DNA from: Octopus bimaculoides
Taxonomy: Eukaryota
Direction of reading: 5' to 3'
Length of the DNA: 37,678 bases
Assembly: GCF_001194135.2 (NCBI RefSeq)
Contig: NC_068999.1
Span: 35,460,896-35,498,573 of the forward strand
Position numbers and translations under genes: made by a program. Numbering within the stretch: position 1 is the stretch's first letter; each line of letters begins with the position of its first letter. Positions 1 to 9,946 of the stretch are shown here, piece after piece. The notes beneath the pieces are model-generated. The model saw nothing but the letters and a program-made list of their open reading frames with translations, made no database searches and was not told where the DNA came from.

Positions 1-245
1 AGGAATTGTTTCTGTTTTTAGATTCCACATTCGAGTTATCTCCATTTCCAGGTCTTTGTATTTTGAAAGTTTTTCCATTTCTTTTAGAGAAACGTTGTCA
101 TCTGCTGGTATTGATACATCAATTAGAAAGCATTTTTTTTTCTTCATGATCTTTGACAACTATATCTGGTCTATTTGCCTTAATTTCTCTATCTGTGTGT
201 ATTGGCATATCCCAGAGTATGGTTGCTTTCTCGTTTTCTGTGACC

Positions 246-247
<2 letters not shown>
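1..247 (-). mobile_element. R4/Dong-clade non-LTR retrotransposon fragment, restriction-like endonuclease (RLE) domain; 5'-truncated, continues beyond the window start
   Basis: Minus strand reads KVTENEKATILWDMPIHTDREIKANRPDIVVKDHEEKK, then a 1-nt frameshift in a poly-A run, then CFLIDVSIPADDNVSLKEMEKLSKYKDLEMEITRMWNLKTETIP. This is the PD-(D/E)xK RLE signature (RPD...LIDV...KY) of R4/Dong ORFs. The truncated 5' end abuts a (TAA)n array. Confidence 0.9.

Positions 248-320
<73 letters not shown>
247..320. repeat. (TTA)n microsatellite
   Basis: Direct reading, about 24 perfect units. Confidence 0.98.
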
Positions 321-330
321 TTCATTACTA

Positions 331-543
331 AGGCGGCGAGCTGGCAGAATCGTTCATCACCAGAAAAAATGCTTAGCGCCATTTCATCTGTCTTTATGTT
401 CTGAGTTCAAATTCCACCAAAGTCGCCTTTGCCTTTCATTCTTTCGGAGTCGTTAAATTAAGTAACAGTTTAACACTTGTGTCGATGTAATCGACTTAAT
501 CCATTCTCCGAAATTGCTGGCCCTCTACCAATATTTGAAACCA
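331..543 (+). mobile_element. tRNA-derived SINE, family A
   Basis: Head GGCGGCGAGCTGGCAGAATCG (A-box-like) and GAGTTCAAATTCC (B-box), core GCCTTTCATTCTTTCGGAGTCGTTAAATTAAGT, tail ending TTTGAAACC. A homologous copy lies in reverse orientation at 26815-27029. Confidence 0.85.
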
Positions 544-570
544 TTATTGCAGAATATTATTATTATTATT

Positions 571-1080
571 GAGTGAGAGAGCAGTGCATGGCATCAACGT
601 GACACTGGGATAAAATATACGTAGCGCAGTATACCCATCATGACTACCCATTTGATAAGGGTACACCAGGCATATGTATCATAACCATATGTGCTCAACA
701 TGATGATTTCATATGAAGATAAACTGCACATGACCTTGCTAGTGGGGCCCAGTTAAAATTCTCTTCAGGCCGAGTAGCCCATCCCGCTCAAAAGGTCTTT
801 GAATAAGAGTTGTTTAAGGATGTTGAACGAAACACCCATGCTTCCAAAGGTGAATTATTCAAACCCCAAAGAATTCCTCTCAACACATGGCTATGATGCT
901 TCCCCACTACTTCTGCTCATGATCAGATAACCACATATCACCAGCCACTAAGGGACATTTTCAACTCGTTAAGGTCAAACAACTGACAAGCAAATCTGTG
1001 GTATTGAGCAGAATATTTACTGTAGCCCATCTTTTATATCAAGACAAAAAAACAATGTACATGATAACACTTCCGATCAG

Positions 1081-1081
<1 letters not shown>
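571..1081 (-). mobile_element. 5'-truncated copy of a TAA-tailed non-LTR retrotransposon 3' end (probably R4/Dong 3' UTR)
   Basis: Reverse-complement match to 3009-3563 along its length. On the minus strand it ends GCTCTCTCACTC(AAT)n and is flanked by TAA arrays on both sides. Family assignment is inferred from context. Confidence 0.8.

Positions 1082-1148
<67 letters not shown>
1082..1148. repeat. (TTA)n microsatellite
   Basis: Direct reading. Confidence 0.98.
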
Positions 1149-1150
<2 letters not shown>

Positions 1151-1266
1151 GGTTGTGATGCATGTGCCTAGTGTACCCATATCAGACGGGTAGTCATGAT
1201 GGGTATAATGGGTTTCATATATTTTACCCCAGTGTCACTTTGATGGCAAGGACTGCTCTCTCATTC
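1147..1266 (+). mobile_element. Short 5'-truncated copy (~120 bp) of the same TAA-tailed element
   Basis: Matches the last ~120 bp of 3009-3563 (GTGTACCC..GACGGGTA..CCCAGTGTCACTTTGATGGCA..CTCTCTCA) and is followed by (AAT)n. Confidence 0.85.
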
Positions 1267-1324
<58 letters not shown>

Positions 1325-1336
1325 GTAATAGTAATA
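1267..1336. repeat. (TAA)n microsatellite (element tail)
   Basis: Direct reading. Confidence 0.97.
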
Positions 1337-1819
1337 AATTGTGAAGATGAAATGTACCAATAAAATAGAAAAAATAAGTTCAAAATGTTTAAGATGTTTG
1401 AAGTTGAATATATATTTTCATAATTCAACACTCATTAACCTTTACTTTGAAATATTCGAAAGTGGAAACTGGGATTCAGAAGTCATACATCGATCAATTT
1501 TACCAAATAAATATATAGATTAAAGGACGTGTCCTTTATTAAGCAGAGACATTTTACTATTGCGATTATTGCAGTTTATGGTCCACCATATTGAAATCAA
1601 ACAACTTAGCAATTTCAATGTGACCCCTTAAAGTGGCATGATAAGTTTTCTATTGTATTGCTAACCGTTGGTAACTTTTGCACCATGAGTGACAATCCAC
1701 CAAATGCACATTCATGCTGTAAGTGTTGACACCGAATGATAAATAGTTGTAAACGTTTAGACAAGTAATAGGATGAGGCTGGGGAAATATTCTAAGGCAT
1801 ACATATATGAGGATTGCGT

Positions 1820-2151
1820 TTGTGTGCGTGTGTGTGTGTGATAGATGATATGTATGCGCGCGTGAGAGAAAGCTTATAGGTGTGTGCTTGTAGTTGCGTG
1901 GGTAAATATGTCTGAGTGTGTGCGTATGTGTATGGAAACGTTCTTGTGTTAGCACCTATAAATAAAGAAATTGGCATACATAAATATTCAAATACAGACG
2001 CACAAGAAACACGCTCAAGTACGGGCACAGACACACACACGCGTAAGTGTATGCGTAAAAACAAATGTCTATGTGTAATATATATATGTATTTATACATA
2101 CAATATATATAAGCAGATATACATACATATATATACGCATATATATGTATG

Positions 2152-2182
<31 letters not shown>

Positions 2183-2187
2183 ATATA
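1820..2187. repeat. Degenerate (TG)/(CA)/(TA) dinucleotide low-complexity tract running into an N-gap
   Basis: Direct reading; gap at 2188-2898. Confidence 0.85.
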
Positions 2188-2936
2188 NNNNNNNNNNNNN
2201 NNNNNNNNNNNNNNNNNNNNNNNNNNNNNNNNNNNNNNNNNNNNNNNNNNNNNNNNNNNNNNNNNNNNNNNNNNNNNNNNNNNNNNNNNNNNNNNNNNNN
2301 NNNNNNNNNNNNNNNNNNNNNNNNNNNNNNNNNNNNNNNNNNNNNNNNNNNNNNNNNNNNNNNNNNNNNNNNNNNNNNNNNNNNNNNNNNNNNNNNNNNN
2401 NNNNNNNNNNNNNNNNNNNNNNNNNNNNNNNNNNNNNNNNNNNNNNNNNNNNNNNNNNNNNNNNNNNNNNNNNNNNNNNNNNNNNNNNNNNNNNNNNNNN
2501 NNNNNNNNNNNNNNNNNNNNNNNNNNNNNNNNNNNNNNNNNNNNNNNNNNNNNNNNNNNNNNNNNNNNNNNNNNNNNNNNNNNNNNNNNNNNNNNNNNNN
2601 NNNNNNNNNNNNNNNNNNNNNNNNNNNNNNNNNNNNNNNNNNNNNNNNNNNNNNNNNNNNNNNNNNNNNNNNNNNNNNNNNNNNNNNNNNNNNNNNNNNN
2701 NNNNNNNNNNNNNNNNNNNNNNNNNNNNNNNNNNNNNNNNNNNNNNNNNNNNNNNNNNNNNNNNNNNNNNNNNNNNNNNNNNNNNNNNNNNNNNNNNNNN
2801 NNNNNNNNNNNNNNNNNNNNNNNNNNNNNNNNNNNNNNNNNNNNNNNNNNNNNNNNNNNNNNNNNNNNNNNNNNNNNNNNNNNNNNNNNNNNNNNNNNTA
2901 TTAGGAATTGCTTATTTTTGTGTAAATGGGTGAAAT

Positions 2937-2937
<1 letters not shown>

Positions 2938-3008
<71 letters not shown>
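2938..3008. repeat. (TAA)n microsatellite
   Basis: Direct reading. Confidence 0.98.
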
Positions 3009-3563
3009 GATGCCCTGATGCAGTACCAAGCAGTGGCTCACGTGGCTTTTGATCTTCATTGATTGGAAGTGTTATCATGTATATTGTTTTATCTTTGTAT
3101 AAAAGGTAGGTCACAGCGAATATTCTGCTCAATACCACAGATTTGCTTGTCATTTGTCTGACCGTAACCAGTTGAGCATGTCCCTTAGTGGCTGATGATA
3201 TGTGCATCTCTGATCACGAGCCGTAATGGGGGAGCATCATAGCCATGTGTTGAGAGGAATTCTTTGGGGTTTGAATAATTCACCTTTGGAAATATGGGTG
3301 TTTCGTTCAACATCCTTAAACAACCCTTATTCGGGTACCTTTTTCAGCGGGATGGGCTACTCAACCCGAAGAAAATTTTAACTGGGTCCCATTAGCAAGG
3401 TCATGCGCTGTTTATCTTGATATGAGATCACCATGTTGCGCACAGGTGGTCGTAATGCATGTGCATGGTGTACCCTTATTTGACGGGTAATCACGATGGG
3501 TATACTGGGCTTCGTATATTTTATCCCAGTGTCACTTTGATGGCATCCATTGCTCTCTCACTC
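3009..3563 (+). mobile_element. Longest copy (~555 bp) of the TAA-tailed element (probable R4/Dong 3' end)
   Basis: Embedded in (TAA)n on both sides, and shares an identical 3' terminus with two differently 5'-truncated copies. This is the pattern of target-primed reverse transcription. Confidence 0.8.
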
Positions 3564-3570
3564 AATAATA

Positions 3571-3616
<46 letters not shown>

Positions 3617-3675
3617 TAATAATAATAACAACAACAACAATAATAATGATAATAATGATGATGATNNNNNNNNNN

Positions 3676-3750
<75 letters not shown>

Positions 3751-3770
3751 AAGAAGAAGAAGAAGAAGAA

Positions 3771-3801
<31 letters not shown>
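3564..3801. repeat. Compound microsatellite: (AAT/GAT/AAC)n switching to (GAA)n at 3721
   Basis: Direct reading; 10-N gap at 3666-3675. Confidence 0.97.
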
Positions 3802-3802
<1 letters not shown>

Positions 3803-4884
3803 ATCATAAAATCATAGCTGTTGCTAATGTCGTAGCTAATACAGTAGGCTGCAAGCGAAAAACTGAAGATATAAAAGGAATTGAAAACAAAGAACCAAAC
3901 TGGAAGAAGAGAATACGAATGAAGCTGGAAAAGATACGGAAAGGACTGGAAGTATTGAATAGGGTAATGAGAGGAGACTGAAGACATAGGATGCTAAATG
4001 CAAACGTTTCGAACAGAATAGACTGTTCCAATCAAATAGTAGGTGTCTATTTGAGGAAATAGGAGACCAACACCAGGAACTGATTCCAGATGCGGAAGAA
4101 AGTAAAGAATTTGGAGGAAAGTTGTGGGACAGGCCGGCGAGACATAAAGAAAGTGCGGAGTGGCTGATAAAGGGGGAAAGACAATTTGCGAATGTTCTAA
4201 GACAAAAGAACATCAGGATTAATCTATATACAGTGAGACAAATTTTTTAAAATACCAAATTGAAAAAGACCAGGCCCGGATGGGGTACAAGGCTATTGGC
4301 TGAAGAACTTTACACAGTTGCATGAAAGGATCGCTGCGCAACTGGACGACTGCCTGACGACTGCAAGATCACGTCTTTGCCTGGATGACAAGTGGGCGAA
4401 CGCTTGAAAGGGAACTTGGCATCAAATTTTCGACCTAAAACTTGTTTACTACTAATGTGGAAGCTTATGACCAGTGTCTTGGTGGAAGAAGAGAAAGGAT
4501 GCAGGAAATAAAGTATGGCGACAACAGATCCCTTATTAGTTGATAAAATGATAAGTAGAAACTGTAGACGGAAATTGACGGGATTGGATGTAGCATGGCT
4601 AGTTTACAGAAAAGCATATGACATGGTACTACACAGTGGATAAGAAAAACAATGAGCATATTCGGAATAGCCATAAACATGGAGACAATGCTTAATGAAA
4701 GTATGAAACATTGGAAATTTGAATTGCTCGAAGCAAAACAAAAGCTCGGAAAAGTGAACATCAGACGTGGAATATTTCAAGGTGATAATTTATCTCCATT
4801 ACTATTTGTATTGTCCATGACACTGCTCACTACGAAAAATTAAAATTATTTACGATTTGGGAAAAGGAAATAGTCAGATAAATC
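3802..4884 (+). mobile_element. Decayed R4/Dong-clade LINE ORF: N-terminal region plus N-terminal part of RT
   Basis: Frame-shifting translation gives KEPNWKKRIRMKLEKIRK, RFEQNRLFQSN, PDAEESKEF, PGPDGVQGYWLKNF, NFRPKTCLLLMWKL, EEEKGCRK, AWLVYRKAYDMV, RRGIFQGDNLSPLLFV, YDLGKGNSQIN. It stops just before the expected HLL(F/Y)MDD catalytic motif and has multiple stops, frameshifts and deletions. Confidence 0.9.
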
Positions 4885-6645
4885 TCGCACTCGCAAGAAC
4901 ACTGCCACCTCCACCGCCACTGTCAGTAACACCAGAAAACACACCGACTTCAACATAACTAACGAAGAAAAACAAGAGCAAGGAAAGCAAACCATGCAAA
5001 TCTGCTGATAGGAATTTCGCCGATGAGACGCGGCAGATGACTGAAGAGATTTTTATAAATGAAAACGAATTTAAAGGTGCAAAATTTATGGTGGTGATAT
5101 CTAGGCAAAATGTGGCACTGAATATACCTAAATATGTCCAGTAAGAAACTAATCTGCGGACAGTTCTATACAAAACTATTGAAACAAGATGTAGGAGAGT
5201 AGAGCAGGCAACATACCAGCGGATAAAAATATCTGTGACTAATTTGGAAGAACAAAATTCATATAACTTGGGGTAAAAAGTGAGACTCGCCTCAGAGGAA
5301 AAGGTCAAATATCACTTAACATCCTTCCTATCGATTGACAAATTTATCTTCATCCCCAAGTAATAGGATGAGGCTGGGGAAATATTCCCCAAGAATATTA
5401 AACATTACTACTAGAAATCAACATCAGTTGGTTGTTGATATCAGTTCTTATTGACATAGAAGGGAAAACTAGTATTCTGCAGATACAGAGAATACAGAGG
5501 TAGAACTGGTTAGGACAAGGTATGCAGTTGATAATACAATCGGATCAGCCAAATGTCGAGGCTGTCCCCGACTCCATAACCCTACCAGATGGCCCAAAGC
5601 TTCATCTGGTTGTTGGGAGCAGAAGGCCGAGGTGTCACTTGTGCGGGGAGACAAATCAACTCAAAGCCTTTTACCTACAGCAAAGGAAACCAACACTTTT
5701 GCCAACATCAGTAAGAGGCACATTACCAACAACCGAACGAAACTAACAGCAGCAACAAAAATTAATGCATCATCCACAGCAACAGCACCACCACCACCAC
5801 CAGCAGCAACAACAACAGTATCAGAATCATCCCTCAAAACAACCACAGCTATTTCAACAAAACATCAAAAACCTCCCTAAGATATATCCCTCCCCTCTTC
5901 GGACCACTCAGACATGTACTGTATTTGAAGGAGGTTGTGAGGAGCCTAAGTAGAAAACGGTCACCAAGACTACAAAAAGAGAGAGGAACAAAAGTACGTC
6001 AACACCAACACAAAAAAACTGGCAAATACGAGGGAGATTCCCTTGAGCAAAAATGCTCAAACACCACCTCTAACCATAGTTATTCTAACATTGTCAGCAT
6101 CACCTCCATCAGTATCACAACCAGCATCACGAGCACAGACACCACCATTACAAGCACAACCTAACTCACACTCACAACAGTTTGATCACAAATACTAACC
6201 CGAACAAAATTTATGCATCATCAACCACACAGCTATATACACGACCAATAAAGTACTAATGGAATGCAACTGGCGGAAGATTATGAACGTCTGACGGAAT
6301 ATTATGAACGTCTGACGACAGAGTGGGAGCTGGGCTCCATACCTCGGTCTACGCTTGATCAAGGATTGCAGCTCAGTCAAAGAAAATCGTGTCTGACAAA
6401 AGGCGGTCACCCCTGCTCACCGTCAAGGAAGCGCTAGAGATGTCGTAGCCTCAGTGCATGTTTGCGCATCAGAAGCCACCTCTTCTCAGTTCTTCTACAG
6501 CTGAAGATCCAGACCAAACCAGACCCCACAAAATTTAACCAGTCCCTCTGTTCAGCGTCCCACGACGTTATTGGACGGTACTGACGAGCCTCTCCAGATG
6601 CCGAGCTGCAAGCCCACTCACTTTCCTGGCTTAATTTTTTTCTCC
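4885..6645 (+). mobile_element. Decayed L1/Tx1-like ORF1 (gag-like) element remnant
   Basis: PDSITLPDGPKLHLVVGSRRPR-CHLCGETNQLKAFY at 5633-5674 is a CX2CX4HX4C knuckle in which H>Q and C>Y are each one substitution away. It is followed by a Pro/Thr/Ala low-complexity linker. Boundaries are approximate. Confidence 0.6.
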
Positions 6646-6659
6646 TATCACCACCTCTA

Positions 6660-7270
6660 GTAAACGATGAATCAGACTGTGTACAAAAAGTAAATTAAAA
6701 TTTAGATTAAGAAGGAAATTTACAGAAAGCATTAGCTGTGTACTTAAAACAGGGTCAAATGCAAAAAATAAGTTACTTCTTACTTGTACTTTATTTGACC
6801 CCAAATAATTTATAGTTACAATATTCTAAATCAGATAGCAAATGAACTAGCAAATCTATTCTAAATGTGGTCATTGTTTTGTCTGATTTAAAAAGAATAG
6901 AAAGAAAATAATGACCACTTTCAAAATATATCTCGCCAAATCTTATAAAGAAATATTACAGTTTTTCACAAACACAAGGAAGCGGAACTTATGTAGCTGA
7001 AAAACTCTTATAAAATGTCCTCCGTAAGACTACATTGTTGTCTACTAAAAGATAAAGAGAAACTAATACTAATTGCCATGAAATACAAACAAAACAAAAC
7101 AAAATGATGTCTTCAAGAAAGACAAAAAATATATAACAAAGGTTCAAATGAGAAATAGGAATGGTATTAATCAGATCTAGCAGCAAAAACCTGTGAACAG
7201 CAAAAACCTTTATGACATGATAAAGTGAAGAGAAGAAAATCCCCGACATGGCCTTTACCTAGAAAATATG
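6660..7270 (+). mobile_element. Decayed R4/Dong-clade LINE fragment: RT C-terminal and post-RT region
   Basis: Piecewise translation gives IKKEIYRK..VLKTGSNAKNK, IIYSYNILNQ, RKKIMTT..AKSYKE, LMxLKNSYK..LLKDKEKLILIAMKYKQN, and RHGLYLENM. These are colinear with the Dong motifs KIKKEYYRR..LKTELNAKNK, YSYNILNW, RKIMT..HHPKSD, GGRGLIQLE and KPLHGKY as recalled. Confidence 0.7.
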
Positions 7271-7274
7271 TCTT

Positions 7275-7540
7275 GAGTAGATGTATTGTCCCTGTTGTTG
7301 TAGTATCTTTTGCTATTATAGATGTTGTTGTTAGTGATCTTCTTGGAGATAATATTTGAACGTTGCTGTTTTTATTACTACCATTATTATTGTTTCTGTT
7401 GGTTTTTTTTTTTTAACTACAAGGCTCATCCACTGCTAATGTTGTTGATGTCATCGTTGTTACTGCAATTGTTATTGTTACATTTGCTGCTGTTACTGTT
7501 TTATGTTATTGTGTTGTTGTTGATTTTTTTTTCTGTATTG
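7275..7540. repeat. Degenerate (GTT)n-like low-complexity tract
   Basis: Direct reading. Confidence 0.75.
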
Positions 7541-8059
7541 CTGGTTTCAGTACTGTGGAACCTCTTGTCCATTGCTTGATTCCACTTCCAATTCTGTCAT
7601 TGACCAAATTCGTCAATAGAATATTCATAATATTGTCGATCCCGGTCCATTTCATTGAGGTCTATATACCACTGGGTTATCTTAAACATACAAGATATTA
7701 GCACAGTAAATAGAAAGGATAGTGAGACACGAAGAACATAAAAGCAAATAAAAGAAACCAGCAGACAAGACACTATTCCACACCATGATGCCTTCACATG
7801 ATTATATAATTCGTCACGTAACCAACTGAATTACTCTACAGCAAAATCTTATATTGAAACTGACTCTTGAAGAATTTTGGCAATAGTAGAGACAGAGGCA
7901 CCAAGCCGAGTTTGTAAGTTATAAAGGGGTGGGCGTGCATCAGAGATTAAGAGGAAAGACAGAAATAGTGAGGAAATATGTAGAGGTAGGAGTAGAAAAT
8001 GAGTTGGTGATGTAAGAGTGGGCGTGACCAATATATTTTGTTGAAATTTAAAGTGAAAG

Positions 8060-8160
8060 TGAAATTCAAAGTTTAGACACATGAGATAGAGAAAAAGTGA
8101 AGTAATGAAAGAGACAAGAAAGATGAAAGGAAGACAGATAGGTAGGCGGGAGAAAAGAAT

Positions 8161-8191
<31 letters not shown>

Positions 8192-8392
8192 AAAGAGAAT
8201 GAAACAAAGAAACAAGGGAAGATAGAAAAAAGATTCAAACAAAAATGAAGAAAAGAAAATTAAATGGGAGCATTTGGGGAAGTTATAAGGACAGATAATG
8301 AGAATGTGAGAGTGTTAAAATGACTGCAAAACTAAGGAGTATTTTAGAAATAGAGAGACAGAGTATCTATCTATCTATCTATCTATCTATCT
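8060..8392. repeat. GA-rich tract with (GAAA)n, ending in (TCTA)n before a gap
   Basis: Direct reading; gap at 8393-8581. Confidence 0.85.
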
Positions 8393-8583
8393 NNNNNNNN
8401 NNNNNNNNNNNNNNNNNNNNNNNNNNNNNNNNNNNNNNNNNNNNNNNNNNNNNNNNNNNNNNNNNNNNNNNNNNNNNNNNNNNNNNNNNNNNNNNNNNNN
8501 NNNNNNNNNNNNNNNNNNNNNNNNNNNNNNNNNNNNNNNNNNNNNNNNNNNNNNNNNNNNNNNNNNNNNNNNNNNNNNNNNAT

Positions 8584-8616
<33 letters not shown>

Positions 8617-9162
8617 AAGTATATATATATGTGTGTGTATTTGTGTGTGTGTATGGGTGTTTAATATATACATATATATATAGATAATTTCGTATGAATA
8701 GACATACGCGCGCGCACACACACACAGATGGACGGACAGAGGATTTTTGTAAATATATGTAATAAAATGAAGAAGAAAAAATGATGTCATGGAAATTATA
8801 GAAATGCTCTACAGATACCTGTCAGTTATCAATAACCGATCTACCCGAGTAGTTTATATATTTTAATCAATGTGTCACATCTAATTTGTCTCAATCAATC
8901 ATATTCACTAATCCGGGCACATAAGCGAACAGGTACACACATAACTGTGTCTGTCTGATATTCTCTCTCATTCTGTTAGCTCTCATTCTCTTTTCTCCTC
9001 TCACCCCTCAAATATATATCTATATATATGCATATGGATATGTATATGTGTGCATATCTATATGTACATGTACAAGCGTATATATATATATATACACATG
9101 TTTATACGTACATACATACATTTGTACGTACATACATACATGCATACATACTTACAGAGAAA

Positions 9163-9225
9163 TATGTAATCAACTAACCCCTTCCCCAAAGTTTCAGACC
9201 TTGTGCCTATCGTAGAAAGGATTAT
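9163..9225 (+). mobile_element. SINE family A, 3' tail fragment
   Basis: ATGTAATCAACTAACCCC..GACCTTGTGCCTATCGTAGAAAGGATTAT resembles the tails of 331-543 and 26815-27029. Confidence 0.55.
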
Positions 9226-9319
9226 CACCAAATTGTATGACACAATGTGTTAATAATTAATCAGCTTCAGAATCGCATGTAGCAATATCCGTATTACCCA
9301 TCTGTTTTATGTTTTATTA

Positions 9320-9335
9320 CCGCACACACACACAC

Positions 9336-9403
<68 letters not shown>

Positions 9404-9491
9404 GTATATATATATATTATGTCTATCTATCTATCTATATATATGAATGTATATCTATGTGCGTATGTATATATATAATTATATATATATG

Positions 9492-9528
<37 letters not shown>

Positions 9529-9600
9529 AATATATATATACGCACATACATACATACATACATACAAACATACGCACATACATATATGTATGCATGTATG
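9320..9600. repeat. (CA)/(TA)/(TG)/(TACA) compound microsatellite
   Basis: Direct reading. Confidence 0.9.
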
Positions 9601-9807
9601 TCTAGTAATATAACATGAAAACATAAACTCGTGTCTCATAGGACTGTGGATGTACATCTGTAATGTCGACCAAAACATAGAAGTAGAAATCATTGAAAAG
9701 ATGATAGACAAATTATCCTCGGCAGGTTTTGATCTCATCCTAGAGACCAAATCCCGTAACTCAATCTTATCACTCTCTCAATTCGCATTTTGCATGATAT
9801 TACTTAC

Positions 9808-9872
9808 CTGAAGGTCTTACTGGTCTTCCTGGTGGAGGTAGCGGTTACTTCACGCCAGCCAGACATGTTCAT
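9808..9872 (-). CDS. Putative start-codon-bearing part of the exon: MNMSGWREVTATSTRKTSKTF plus 2 nt (phase-2 donor); product unknown
   Basis: An in-frame TGA precedes ATG at 9872 (A at -3; a second ATG at 9866 also has A at -3), and the frame is open to the donor. No family recognised. Confidence 0.4.
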
Positions 9873-9923
9873 GCTATTTCAATGTGCAAAAGCAATTATC
9901 GTGGTGGCTGCACTCACAGTACC
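9808..9923 (-). other. Probable spliced exon (116 bp) of an unidentified minus-strand host gene
   Basis: Acceptor TGTCTTATTTGTCCTTCTAG|G and consensus donor CAG|GTAAGT bracket a non-repetitive, more GC-rich segment. All three frames are closed in the first ~50 nt. Confidence 0.65.
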
Positions 9924-9946
9924 CTAGAAGGACAAATAAGACATTT

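Noticed and set aside
3011-3040. Minus-strand peptide PLLGTASG resembling the Dong C-terminal LLGTAHIL motif
   Set aside because: It is antisense to the element as defined by its TAA tail and truncation pattern; most likely coincidence.
6280-6317. 21-bp-period tandem duplication ATTATGAACGTCTGACG, and similar short duplications near 21765-21791 and 24495-24537
   Set aside because: Only two units each, inside decayed TEs; ordinary slippage, not CRISPR-like or functional arrays.
6752-6918. Two 9-bp inverted repeats (GGGTCAAAT/ATTTGACCC and GTGGTCATT/AATGACCAC)
   Set aside because: They fall inside a Dong coding remnant and are short enough to be chance.
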